This document shows, one piece after another, positions 50,609-63,456 of a DNA stretch of 64,000 nucleotides (within the stretch, counting starts at the first letter, position 1; each line of letters starts with the position of its first letter). A program made the position numbers and the translations under genes. Origin of the DNA: Rhizaria sp. SCN 62-66 (taxonomy: Eukaryota); NCBI GenBank assembly GCA_001724265.1, contig MEDY01000038.1, positions 1 through 64,000 of the forward strand. Direction: 5' to 3'. The notes under the pieces were generated by a model. That model was not told the DNA's origin. It saw only the letters and a program-made list of their open reading frames with translations, and did not search any database.

Positions 50609-51218
50609 TGGGATGAAGAATAGAATAGAACAAATGTCTAGGATTGCAACAACTTGAATATAAATACAAAAATACAAGTCATGATTATTGATAACAATTT
50701 TATTGCACAAAAAGTCTGTTGTACTTGAATAAGATACTGGTGATTGGTCCCACCACAAACGCTTCGGGCTGTGGTGGAACAGCCGCTGGAAGGTGCTCGA
50801 GATCGCTCGCGAATGTGGGCCAAGCGATGGCCAACTTGCTCGTCGGATATGCAGGCAAAAACATCTGTCACCGCGGGTTTAGCCAACGCTTAGGAACTGC
50901 ATTTGGGTTATTCTACCTTTTACTATTTGGATCTTGATTGAAACTGCGAATGTAATCTTCTAGACTAATATGATCGATGCTCGAGTGTCATGGTCCCATC
51001 ATTGATGACTCATCCCCTCTAAATCCACGCTCTACACGCCAAAACGTTGTTCACAAAATATCTGTCTTGCATATACGGTATTATTTCTTTAGTGCAGTCT
51101 ATCTCACGTAAAATAATTTATTCTGCTCTCATTCCTTGCTTTCTATTCAACTCGCACGCTTGCAGTTCAAAGCCAAAGTACACTCAACAAGACTACTACT
51201 ACCACATACTGTATCACG

Positions 51219-53779
51219 ATGGGACCGCCCCCGCGTCACTCCACCTTTCCATGGGGCTCGCTTCCGCGTCGTCTCCTCTTGTCTTGCGCGTTTTTCTTTG
51301 CGCTCTCACTCGTTTCGCTGACTTTCGCCCCCGAGACTACTACAGCGCTCGCCGCCCCCACCCGAGGCAACGCCAAGCCCAGCGCTGGCAGCGGCGGCCG
51401 CGGCGGCGGCAAGGCGGGCGCGAAGCCCGCGGCGGCGTCGAAGCCGAAGGACTACTACAAGATTCTGGGCGTGGGCAAGAACTTCAACGAGAAGCAGCTT
51501 AAGAAGGCCTACCGCAAGCTGTCCCTCAAATACCACCCCGACAAGAACCCGGATGACCCTGACGCGGCCGAGAAGTTCATCGAGGTCTCCAACGCCTACG
51601 AGGTGCTTTCGGACCCGCAGAAGCGCGCCGTGTACGACCAGTACGGCGAGGAGGGCCTCAAGCCCGGCGGCGGCGGCGGCGGCGGCCCCGGAGGCCAGGC
51701 TGCGCACGGCCAACCTGGCGGCGGCGCGGGAGGGTTCCACTTTAACTTCGGCGGCGGCGGCGGCGGTGGCAGCGGCGGCTTCCAGGACCCGTTCGACCTG
51801 TTTGCGCAGATGTTTGGCGGTGGTATGGGCGGCATGGGCGGCATGCGCGGCGGCAGGGCCGGCGCGCGCGCCGGCGCCGGTGGCCGTGCTGGCGGTACGT
51901 TTACTCTCACGATATCCTGTCTATCTCGTCACTTTTCCCCGTAAATTTTGATTATAAGGACTATTTGTTTTATTAATGCTATTATTGGCGTTGTTGTAAA
52001 GTATTGTCTCACGAAACATTTAATCTCATGGATATATCTTATCTTGTGTTTTCTCCCCATTCAGGCCAGCCCCAGCAGCAGCAGCAGGAGCAGAGCCTGT
52101 ACGCTGGCGCGCACCCGAACCTGTCCGAGCTGACTGCGCAGTCCTGGCCGCTGCCGTCGCCGGGCCACCCGCGCGAGGAGTCGCAGGCCGACAAGGACGC
52201 CATCTGGGTGGTGGAGTTTTACGCCCCCTGGTGCGGCCACTGCAAAAAGCTCGCGCCTGAGTTCAAACAGGCCGCCAAGGAGCTCAAGGGCATCGTCAAG
52301 TTCGCCGCCGTAAACTGCGCCAACGAAGAGGAGCTCTGCGGCCGCTTCGGCGTCACCGGCTACCCTGTTATCAAACTGTTCCCGTTTAACCGGCATGAGT
52401 CCCCCGAGGACTACAACGGTCGGCGCACCGGCGAGGCCATCGCCAAGTGGGCCACGGGCCACGTGCCTAACTACATCACGACGGTCCCGCTCGTCAACGC
52501 CCAGGCCAGCGCCGGCGTGCTGACGGCCAGCGCGGCCGCCAGCGAGGTGCTCGCCGCGGTGCGCGCGACGGCACTGCGCAAGCCTTTCCTCCCGCACGTC
52601 GTCTTCTTCCTGCAGCACGGCAAGAAGCCGCTCGTGTCGCCTGCGCTCATGGCCATCGCCAAGGGCATGCGCCAGCAGTACCGCTTCGTCGCCGTTGAGG
52701 CACCCGCGCCCGAGGCGTTTACCGCGCCCGAGCCCAAGGACGGCGATTCCGCTGCCGATTCCGGCGCTGGCGCTGGCGCTGGGTCTGAGCTGCCAGTGAG
52801 CAAGGAGGCCGCGGCGTGGATTGCCCTGGCGCGCGAGTACGGGCTCCTGACGGTGCACGCGCACGAGAGCCCCGCCGTCGTGGCCGCCGCGGCCGCCACC
52901 ATGGCCGCCGGTGCCGCGCGGCTGTCGGTCCGCGCCGGCGCCTCGGCCGACGCGCCCGGAACGATCACGCTGCCGCTGCCGATCAAGAGCGCGTTCAACG
53001 CCAAGACCGTCTCTGACTTCCTCAAGCGCTCGCACACGTCTCTCAAGTCCCAAGGGGCTTATAGCAGTGACTTCGCGGCCCAGGTGCTTGCGCCGCGCGC
53101 GACGGCCGTGAGCGAGGGCGACCGGGCGCAGGCCGTGCTGCAGTCGCAGACCCCCGGGTACCACCCCGTGTTCGTGCTCTGCGAGGACGCCGCCGCCGCG
53201 CTCAAGACGACACACGCAACCACGAGTTCCACCGCTGCGGGCGCCGCGGGAGCCAAGGCCAAGGCCGGGGCGGGCAAGCCTGCTTCTGCAAGCGCGAGTC
53301 CCGCGGCCGCGGCTGCTACAGCTGTGCACGACATCGCGGCGGCCTTCACCGAGATGCAGGTGAGCGCCGTCCCGGTCGGCAGCCCCGCGTTCGGCGCGCT
53401 GGTCGCCGTCGCCGACGCCGACCTGCGCGCGCACCTGGCCGCGCTGCAGGCCAAGTGCCAGGCGCAGCAGGCCGCGCAGGCCGCCGCCAGGACCAAGGGC
53501 CCGGCCGCCGTGGTCGTCGCGGTCAACGGCAAGCGGCGCCGGTTCGCCGCGCTGTCCGCGCTGAGCGACGAGGACGCGGGCGCGGAGGCCTGGGGCGCGG
53601 CGGACGAGACTGCGAGCGGAGCGGGCGCCCCCATCAGCTTCCCCTTGAGCACCGCGGAGTGGGTTGCCGGCCCAGCCAAGGGATTCCTGGAGGGACTCAG
53701 CGGCGGGGTTGTGCGCTCCAAGCCCTACAGCAAGGGCGCCGACAAGGCGCGGGCTGCGGAAGAGAAGGATGAGCTGTGA
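51219..53779 (+). CDS. ER-luminal DnaJ plus thioredoxin domain protein (ERdj3A/DNAJC10-16-like); exons 51219-51894 and 52065-53779; TGA stop
   Basis: Signal-like hydrophobic stretch, DYYKILGV...YHPDKN J-domain, G/F region, [11 protein letters not shown]-terminal KDEL. Confidence 0.92.
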
Positions 53780-54338
53780 GCTACAGCGCAGCAATAACAT
53801 ATTGATGTGAAATGCGGATTTACGTTAGTTTTTGTTTCTGTTTAATCTTGTGACGCTGTGTTCGAGTCTTGTTTCAACTTCTTTGTTTGGCGGTTTTCAA
53901 ATGCAAGATGCGCTCCGAGTAGATTTATAATACGGATGGCCTGTGTGCACTACAATAAAATATAGTATATTAAGTTGTCACTTTTATTAAGCAGATTATA
54001 CATGATAAAATGTCTGCTTTTATTGAAAAATAAGAGGCGAAGTGACTGTGAGCAATATGACTTTTTAGGAACCGTGGCTGGCGGCTGGTCTCTACTATGG
54101 GTTGGGGCTTCGTTGAGGTGTCAAAAGAGGGCAAATGTCACACCCGAACGCAGTTGTTTTGCTATGTAACAATTTTATATAGCATGTACACAGAGAATTT
54201 TATTCAAACTTGTTTTTACACTACGCAACTAAGCTGGACATGGCCCGCTAGCTGTGTCTGTGAACGACCTCTTCACTCTTCACACCCCACCTTGTCCTGT
54301 CTTGCTTCCTTGCTTTGCTCCACAGCCCAACCCGCCCG

Positions 54339-54899
54339 ATGCAGCGGTTTGCTCGTTTCGCCAAGTCGCTCGCCACTGTGGCTCCCCGCGTGTCTGTTGC
54401 TGGCTTCGCTGCGCCCGTGTCCACGGCCGCCGCGCCTGCGCGCTCCTTCTCTCTGTTCTACAACCCCCCGCCGCAGGAGACGCACTGCAAGGAGGTCGTC
54501 GCCAAGCAGGCCGCCGCCGCGCGCCACACCCCGCTCGACCACGTACGTTTAATTCACTCCCGACTACACGCCAACACGGGCTACTTCCACACGCATGCAC
54601 ACTGTTCTCGTTGCAAACACTCTCTTTTAAATCCTTCGCTCACTTTTCGCCCTCTTTGTATATGTTGCTTCCCCTTGCTCTCTGCCACCCTACTCTTCCC
54701 ACAGCAAAATAAGACTTCGATGGAGTACATCGCCGAGGTGCCGGTGATTGACGTGGACGGCGTCACCGCCATCTGCGACGGCGGCGACACCTTTGGCGGC
54801 CACCCGCGCGTCTTCATGCAGCTCAACAACTCCCAGGGCAAGCCCGCCACCTGCAAGTACTGCGGCCTCCGCTACCAGATGAAGAAGCACCACCACTAA
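54339..54899 (+). CDS. NDUFS6: Complex I 13-kDa zinc-finger subunit; exons 54339-54542 and 54705-54899; TAA stop
   Basis: IAEVPVI...CDGG....GHPRVF...CKYCGLRY zf-CHCC motif; mitochondrial presequence. Confidence 0.93.
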   Translation: MQRFARFAKSLATVAPRVSVAGFAAPVSTAAAPARSFSLFYNPPPQETHCKEVVAKQAAAARHTPLDHVRLIHSRLHANTGYFHTHAHCSRCKHSLLNPSLTFRPLCICCFPLLSATLLFPQQNKTSMEYIAEVPVIDVDGVTAICDGGDTFGGHPRVFMQLNNSQGKPATCKYCGLRYQMKKHHH

Positions 54900-55443
54900 G
54901 CAACACGCCATACACCCGGTGTGGGCGCATGATGAGGTCTGCGACAACACAACTAATAACAATAGCAACAACAACTAGCGATATGATGATGCGGTGACAC
55001 ACGGAGGCAATGAGGACGTTTTCCGGTGCCTCAGTGGGCTGCTTATGATAATATGACGGTCACAACGACCATTTTGAGTTTTCTTTTTCTTTTTGTGAAG
55101 CCGGGCGGAAACCGGCTTTTTATTTTATCTATTCCAATACACAAAACCCCTTTTATCTTCGCGTGTTCCCAGTCAACTGATCGCATAGCCACAAGCGCAT
55201 TTCGCGATGGCAGTCGCCGGCCAGTCGGTGATTAGACGAGCTGCATTTTAGTCAAGTTCACAACTCTGCGTAGATCCGTGCTGCCAAGAATCCCAGATAC
55301 TATACAGTATAGTACCAACGTTTATATTATATATACTTTTATTTTGGTGTTTCACTGAAGTCTCACAGGTAAAACAGCTGTAAGGTTGTCGCATCGTTCT
55401 TAACCGACATCATCCGTTCCTAAAGACCACTTTCAGGCCCACA

Positions 55444-57768
55444 ATGCCTTATTTCAATCGCTACATCGAGTAAGTTTACTTATAGACAATATTACATACG
55501 ATTAAGTATTATATTTTTACGTGTACATACCGATATCATGCGAATTTATTTCTAAACTCCCTCTTTAACGTCCGCATCACATCCCCCTTCGCGACTTCTC
55601 ACTTCCCTCTCACCTCTTATTTCGCATCTCTGCGCCCCACATCTCTCGCCCCAACCACAGCGCACAAGGCGCCGAGGCACTGCGCCACTACAAGTACGCT
55701 GGAAAGGACCTCTCACTGGCGTACACTTACGTCTTCAACCCGATCTACAACGTGGTGATCGATTACTTCCCGGCCTGGATGGCCCCCAACCTAATCACGC
55801 TCATCGGCTTCTGCTTCCCGCTTGTGTCGTATGTGCTCATGACGCTGCACTGCCCCGACTTTACCGGCGAAGCCCCCACGTGGCTCTACGCCTACAACGT
55901 CGCCGGGCTGTTGCTGTACATGATGCTTGACAGCATCGATGGCAAACAGGCCCGTCGCACCGTACGTTCCCTGCCAGCAAAACAAAGCTACTAATCGGCA
56001 ACAAGCTTAATGAGTACTTGGATCTGCAATCTTCAAATATATTACGGATATCGGTGTTGTATTACTCAATTTTATTAGTCTAGCTTGTGATTTTTACTCA
56101 TGACGCCTCCTTTTACTAAACACTCGACTCAAACCTTGCCGCTGCTGCTGGCTTCCCTCTCTGTCTCTGCCCCCCCACTCCAGGGCTCGTCGTCGCCGCT
56201 GGGCCTGCTGTTCGACCATGGCTGCGATGCCGTCAACACCTGCATGTCCTCCCTGACGCTGTGCTGCACCCTGCAAACTGGCGCGAGCGTCAAGACGGGC
56301 CTGCTGCTGGCGGCCACGTCCACGGCCTTCTTCGCGGCGACCTGGGAGGAGTATTACACCGGCGAGCTGGTGCTGCCGCCCATCAACGGGCCCAACGAGG
56401 GCGTTCTGCTGTCGTGTCTTTTCCACTCCATCGCTTTCTTCGGCGGCCCCGCCATCTGGCTCACAGAGATCTCCATCGTACGTCCATATTGACGCAAATT
56501 GCGTGAGATCTCGTGAAAATAAGGGAAGATTATGTTAGATTATGTATTCTATCACAACATGTTATTTTGCATATTAATTATCAATGTGACTCTTTTATCG
56601 CTCATTGTTTTGTGCTATATCATGTTGTTCTTGATGTATCTTTATCTAGGCGCCGATCATTTCCCTTCTCTCGACCATCACCACGGCAGCGCTCCCAGCC
56701 TCCGTCTGCGCCTCGGTCACCGCGCCGCTGATCGCACTGCTGCCCCTGAGCATCCACGCGCACTCGCTCGTTGTCTTGGCGACGGTGCTCTCGGTCCTGC
56801 CTACGGTCGCCGTCAACTTGCGCAACGTCTTCGTGATGCGCAGCAGCCGCGCTGCCGCCGACGGGGACGGCTCCCTGGCCGTCGCGCTCACCCGCTGGAT
56901 CCCGCTGCTGCTGCTCAACGCCAGCGCGGCGCTCTGGATTTCGCTCTCGCCCAGCAACATCCTCGCCAAGGCCCCCCGCCTCTTACTATGGGGCTTCATC
57001 ATGATGTTCGCCAAGCTGACGATGCAGGTGATGCTCGCGCACCTTACCGCCGCGCCGTACCGCCCCTTTGGCAAAACGGTTGGCATGGCGCTGTTTTTGT
57101 TGTCCCACTACGGCTACCTCGTATATTCGGGAGTTAGCAAGCTGAGCGACGGGATCATCGAGGAGTTGCTCGTGTGGGAGCTGTTCCTCCTCTCGCTCGT
57201 TTCGTTCGGCCATCTCGTCGTGCACGCCATCTGGGAGGTCTCGGCCGCGCTCGGCATCCGCGTCTTCGTTATCGACGTCGCCAAGGCGCGCCGCATGGTC
57301 AAGGAGGAGCTCGACGCTAAGGCACAGGCAAAGGCACAGGCTAAGACGGCTAAGGCTGTCAAGGCGACCGAAACTGCGACCGCGGCCGCGGCCGAGGGCC
57401 CGAATCAGAGCCAGAGTGAGGCGAAGACGAAGACGAACGCTAGGAGCAAGAAGAGCCCCCGCGCCACTGCTGACTTGAGCGCTGACGACGATGACGCTGA
57501 CGCCGATGCTGTGAACAGCGGCGGCAGTCGCAGTCGGAGTCGTGGCCGCACGGCTGTTCCTGCGGCTGCCGCGACGAATAACCGTAGTGCCAGCCGCAGC
57601 CGCAGTCGCATCAGCAGCACCAAGTTCAAGGCCAACAGCAGCAGCAGCAGCAGCGGCGGCAGCAGCAGCAGCAGCACGAACAGTGACTCTAGCGCGAGCG
57701 CGAGTGCGGTTCGCGCGCGGGGCGCGTCGCGCGCTCGCTCGGGCACGCGCAAGACCAAGGCCGTGTGA
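55444..57768 (+). CDS. CEPT1: Choline/ethanolamine phosphotransferase; exons 55444-55469, 55661-55961, 56184-56477, 56650-57768; TGA stop
   Basis: YKY..D.S, PAWMAPNLITL, DSIDGKQARRT/GSSSPLGLLFDHGCD (CDP-alcohol phosphotransferase motif), TWEEYYTG. Confidence 0.94.
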
Positions 57769-58303
57769 GCGGCTTAGCCGTGATTGCGATGTATACGCAA
57801 ACATGCTTCGGGGACTTGCGGTGCTGTTTGTCAACAGTTTGCGCCTCGAGTAACAGTCGCAAGGCCATAAATTATGTAAATGCTGTATTTAATGTGATAG
57901 ATAGTGCATATTTGAAATAATCGTTTGACATTATAATAAAACCCATTAAGATTTTTGTCTAACGCATTGATAGTGCCACCATAAAAATCCTTGAGTCTAC
58001 ATGTGTGCATTTGTTCGATTTTGAGGACGAACAGCTTGCTATGGCTTTGTGGCGAGGAGGCAACCCCAACGGTCATGGCCGATTTCGACATTAGCCCAGT
58101 TGATCAACTGATCGTGAAATTGACTGTACGCGTTATAAATATAAATGTTTAGATGTAAACATTTCATAATTTTTTTTGGATTTCAAAATTGTTTTGTTTT
58201 CCCCCTCAGCGCTCGACTCTAGGCAGCACACGGACGAACCCGCTTCGCGCGCCCTATCTTCTCCCCGCGCCTGGCTCCCAGCGCCGCCCCTGCGCCTCGA
58301 CAC

Positions 58304-61300
58304 ATGTCACACCTGTACCCACCGGCGCGTCTGTCTGGCCCGCCTACATCTGCCGCGGCCCCAGGCACGACGTCTGCGTTCCCGGCGCCGTCACCGCGCT
58401 CCCCGCGGCCCGCCCGGCCCATGACCGCGGCTCCCCACGCCTTCGTGGTTACGCCGCGCCGCACGGCCAATCCCACTACTTCTGGATCTACCCCCGTGCG
58501 TGGGCCTGCCACAAGTGCTACAGACACCTTTGCGCCCGCCGGAGCTCCGTTCCCGGCTCAGCTTCGCGCCGCCCCAGTCCAGGACTGTCAGCCGCAACCG
58601 GCGCTGTACCACTCACACTCGCTGCCTGAGTCCCAGCCTCAGTCTCAGTTGCAGCAGCCGGAGCAGTGGCAGCCGCAGCCGCAGACCAAGTCGGAGTCGT
58701 ATTATTACAACAACAGCCGCCGCGGCCTCGCCCCCACGAGCAGCAGCGCGAATGCACACGCGAGCGAGAGTGCTGATAGTCGGCACAGCAGCGACTGGGG
58801 CTGGGGACGGCTGCCGCAGCGAACGCATCAACAGCATCAACAGCAACAGCAACAACAACAGCATGACTCCCAGTCAAGCGCACACGCACCGTCGCAGGTA
58901 CAGCAGCCGAAGGGGTCGCCCTCCCACCTCGACTACTACAAGTGGTCGAAGCCCGGGCAGCAGCAGCAGCTACAGCAGCAGCAGCAGCAGCAGCCGCGCC
59001 GTGCGTCACTTGATCAACAACAGCAACAACAGCAACTGCGGCCTCTTCGCTCGCAACATCTGCAGCAGCCGTCACAGCCTCCACCGCAGCCGGAGTCGCA
59101 GTCTCGGTGGCAGCTGGTAGCGGGCGGCCGCGGCAAGCCGTCGAGTCGCTTCGTTGATGAGGGCTCTCTCTCGAGTCGGTACTATCACCCAAACAGGTAC
59201 GACGGCAGCGGCCGCGGTGGCGGCGACGTGAGTCACAGCTACACCAACAGCAGCGGCAGGGGCAGCTCGAATTTGACTCGGCACACCGCCAGTGGCCAAG
59301 GACTGGCGCCACAGTCGTCAACGCAGCACCAGTCGCTCGTGCACTCGCAATCGCCCTCTCGGCTACAGACGCACCCACAAGCACAACCGCGGCCGCGGTC
59401 ACAACCGCAACAGCAGCAGCGGCTGCCGCAGCCGCCGTGCACGGGCATCGTGCCGTTTCCGTCTCCAACCGCGCCCGCCCCGGTTTTCCCCCACAGCTCA
59501 GTTTACAGCCCCGGCGACAGCGGCAACGCGCCCGCTGCAAACGCGCTCACGCCTAGCGTCGACTACAGCAGCGCCGCGCTCGCTGCCGCCCCCGCTGCCG
59601 GCGAGCAGCCCGTGGTGACCCCCGAGCTTGCGCTGCTGCTGGCCGCCCGCAAGCCCTCGCGCGCGCGCCTCCGCGTCCAGCTGCAGCGGCTGCGCAACAT
59701 GCTCTACGCCGAGGCCGCGTCCGTGCCGCAGGCCGCGGCGGCCGCGGCGGCGGCCCTGGCCCTGCTCGAGGCGGCGTGGGCGAAGGACGCGGTGCCGCTG
59801 CTGCGGGGAGGCGCGGCCGCGGAGCACGCTGCGCTGGTCACCAAGGCCCATGTGGCGAAGCAACAACAAGACAGTCGGCAGCAGTAGCCGCAAGAACTGC
59901 AGCTACAGCAACACGGGAGGCGCGGCGCCAGCGGCAGTAGCCTGGAGAGCTCTATGTACGACACTGACCGTGACGCCGACTCGAAGGACCTCGGTGGGCT
60001 AGCGGGCACCAGCGCCGGCGCAGTGAACGCAAGCACCGACGTCCCTGTGCCTGGGAGTGTGGCGGGCCGGTCGCTGACCGACGTGATGCGCAACAAAGTG
60101 GTCACCATCCCTCAGATGCAGAACGCTGACTCGTTCGCGCGGATCAACAACAGCTCAAGCACTGGCGGCAGCCCAGGCGCGACCACCAGTGACATCGTTG
60201 TCAAGGGCGAGGACAAGAATGCGCTGTCGTCGATTTTTTCGGCCCTGGACAGCACCGCGGCGCTGCAGCGCGCCGCCAGCATGCACTCGCGCCATCTGGC
60301 GCTCTCGCCCGCCGCCGCAGCGGCCGCGGCGGCCGCGGCGGGCGGCGCGGCGGTGGCCGCGCTCGAGGCGGCGCTCGTGCGCGCGCGCGTGACCGCGACG
60401 ACGGGCGCCTGGGGCAAGGCGCTGCGTGCGCTGCCCGCCGTCGCCGGCGCGCACGCGCAGTGGCTCCAGGCCGAGCGCGCGCGCTGCGAGGCCGAGGTCG
60501 CGGCGGCGAGGCAGCGCATGCTGGCGGCGCAGCAGAGGGCCAAGGGGTCGCTTGAGCTGGTTGCAAGGAAGGCGAAGACCAATGAAGCTATCTCAGCCGC
60601 TGATGAGGCAAATAAGAACCATAGCGTCTCTAATGCCAGCGATATTGTTTCATGTGACCGCGGCTCGAGCCGCAGCAGCAACGGCCGTCTCGGCTACGGC
60701 AACGCTGACCGGTTTGACCGGACCGTGCAGAGCGACCGTGAGCGCAGCGGGCTAGCCACGTTGCTGGCCGCCGACAGCGACCGGGAGCGCGGGGCCGCGG
60801 CGCGCGCCGACGCCGAGGCCGCGGCCGCGACGCTGCGCGCGTCGCTCGAGGGCTTCCGGGCGGCGCAGCGCGAGGCGGCGGCCGCGGCCGACCTCGAGAC
60901 GGGCTCCAAGTTCTTCAACATCAGCGACAACGACAACAAGCCTGCTCCTCAAACCGCGATGGGTGCCAACAAGATGTCGAAGTCGAATAAGGTCAACGCC
61001 AACGGTGCCGTCAAGCGCACCGTCGCGGCGGACGCTGCTGTGGATACAGTAACCGCCCTCGTCGACCGTCTCACTCAGCCCCGCCTCACACCGAGCGCAG
61101 ACAACTCTAAGTACTCCCTTACCGACCCGGCGTCTTACTTCGACGCCGCCTCGGCTCCCGACCCCGAGATGTGTCTGTTGCTGTCGCAGGTCATCGACCT
61201 GCAGGCGCGCCGCGCGCTGCGCCAGGCCCAACACCGTCGCGCGCGCCTCGCGCTGGCGCAGCACCGAGCTACCGCCGCGCTCGCCGCGCGCCGCAGGGGC

Positions 61301-63037
61301 GAGGCTGCCGTCCGCTCTATCCGCGCCGCCGCCGACGCAGAGGCGCTCGCGCAGCGCGCCGCGGCGGCGCGGGAGCGGCGCGAGGCGCTCGCGCTGGCGG
61401 CGGCGCAGGCCCGCGAGATGGTCGCGGCCTACGCGCGGCAGGGGCAGGCGATGCAGAGCCACATGCACCAGGCCTCGGCCGCCGTTAACGGCTGCGTTAC
61501 CAGCAGTGAACAGCTCGCTTCAGCTGACGCTAGCGCATTAGCGCTTACTCAGCAGCATCCGTCAGCGCTCGAGGCCGGCGCGCTGGGCGTGGCGGTACGC
61601 GCGCTCGAGTCGGAGCTGGCGGCCGCGGACGCCGCGGTGCGCGCGGCCCGGCTGCAGATCGCGGCCAAGCGGCGCGCGTTGCACCGCGGGAAGCTGCGCG
61701 CGTCTGCGCTGGCGCGGCGTGAGCGGGAGTATCAGACAGCGCTGCAACAGTGGGCGCGGTTCCGCGCGGTCACACTGGGCGGCGCCGAGCGCGCCACTGC
61801 GGCCGCAGCGGCGCGGCTGCGGCGCGCGCTGTGGGAAGGCACCGTGATCGAAGGCGAGATCCGGCGCGTGCGCGGGGAGGGCGCGGAGCTGGAACAGGTG
61901 TTGGCGCGCGCCGCGGCCGAGCTGGCGCGCGCTAGGGGCGAGCGCGAAGGGGCCGTGCAGGATCGGGTGGGGAAGCTGGTCGAGGGAATGATGGCGGCGG
62001 CCGAGAGGATGGGCGGGGAGCCGCTGCCGAGCTACACTGGCAGTGATGTCAGCAGCGTGAATGACAGCTGCACCGGCGGTGGCGATGATGAGGTCGAAGA
62101 GAACTATGACCAAGATGAGTTCGAAAACGACGACGGTGGCGATGATGATGACTATGAGGGCGACAGCTTCGTTGACCTTGACGCTGATGTGAACGAAGGG
62201 GACTATCTGGACGAAGACGAGGGCGATTTTGACTGCGAGGGTGACTGGGATGATTATACCTCCGATCAAGGCGATGCCATTGACAACACTGACAATAGCG
62301 ATGACATTAACGACGTGAATCAAGTTGACGCTGATGCGGACGGCTACGATGACGATGCGCTTGAGGACGGCGCGTTGACCCCGCACACCAAGCTGGCCGC
62401 GTCTTATCACCCCCACACTTTTTCTCGGAACAGTAACAACGCCGCCCTTAGCGCTGCAACTGCAACGGGCGGCCTCGATGCCGACTGCTCTCTGCTGGCT
62501 GCCGTGCCGCCCCCGTTGCCCGGCACGGCCGGCGCGCCCTCCCCGTTCGCAGCCCGCCGTAGCGCGTCCAACACAGCGAGCACTGCGAGTGTTTACAGCC
62601 AGTCAGCCCAGAGTCATAACAGCGACGGCTCGTACAAGAGTGACCAGGAGCAACAACAACAACATCAGCAGCAAAGCAACGGTGCAGATGAGAGCGTGGA
62701 CGTCAGCGTTGAGGTCAGTGTTGATGCAAGCGGCGACAACGCCAACGCAAATACCCACCATCACGGCAACCCGTTGCTACAGCCTAGCATCAACATTGGC
62801 GCTGATATCGACGCCGGCGACGCCGAGTTCGAGTCCGACGCCGGCTCTGCGCGCCGCTCGCTGCTGCTGTCTCCACTGCACGCGCCGCCGCTGTCGCAGC
62901 AGCACTTGTACAACGACGGCGTCAACAACACGCTCGATAGCGCGGTGGGGCTGCTGGTTCTCGGAGCTGACAGCGGCCGGGGCAGTGGCAGCGAGGTCGG
63001 AGACAACGCGCGCAACCCGCTCGTGTTCAATTTCTAA
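58304..63037 (+). CDS. Large hypothetical protein (Gln-rich N-terminus, Ala/Arg coiled coils, acidic C-terminus), about 1577 aa; one in-frame TAG (59885-59887); TAA stop
   Basis: ORFs 58304-59887 and 59954-63037 share a frame with a stop-free, GC-rich linker; no family recognised. Confidence 0.7.
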
Positions 63038-63456
63038 CACCGGTCGACGTGAACGAATGCTTAGCGCACGCTTGACGAACACTAATGAATGATATCTAGA
63101 TAAATCATAACAGCAAACAATATGTTAGCAACCTATGTTAATACATCTTACATATGAATTACATGAACCTACACTGCATTAATGTTCAATGTGAATCTGT
63201 ATTTGAGTGGCCGGATAGACTCGGCTTTGCCACGCTTGACATAATTGATCCACTAAGAACAAAGGTGGGACATAACACGCGTTACTTGTTAAAAACTAAA
63301 TTATTCATATCTAATTACAAAAAGAACAATATAAAACTACAATGACGATGTCTCTCGACTTGCATAAACAGCGAGGCTCCACTTGCATCTTGCTCTTGGC
63401 GTACATGTTGTTTTGCTATGTTGCTAAAGATGTTGTTGCTGCTATTTGCCTTGCGC

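Noticed and set aside
54543-54704. Stop-free in-frame segments in NDUFS6 (162 nt) and the 28233-29012 gene (105 nt) as coding insertions
   Set aside because: They have GTACG donors, pyrimidine tracts, CAG acceptors and non-coding composition, so they are best read as ordinary introns.
10828-59887. The six TAG-containing genes interpreted as pseudogenes
   Set aside because: All 11 interruptions are TAG, with no TAA, TGA or frameshift. Catalytic motifs and splice sites are intact, and no gene in the window ends in TAG.
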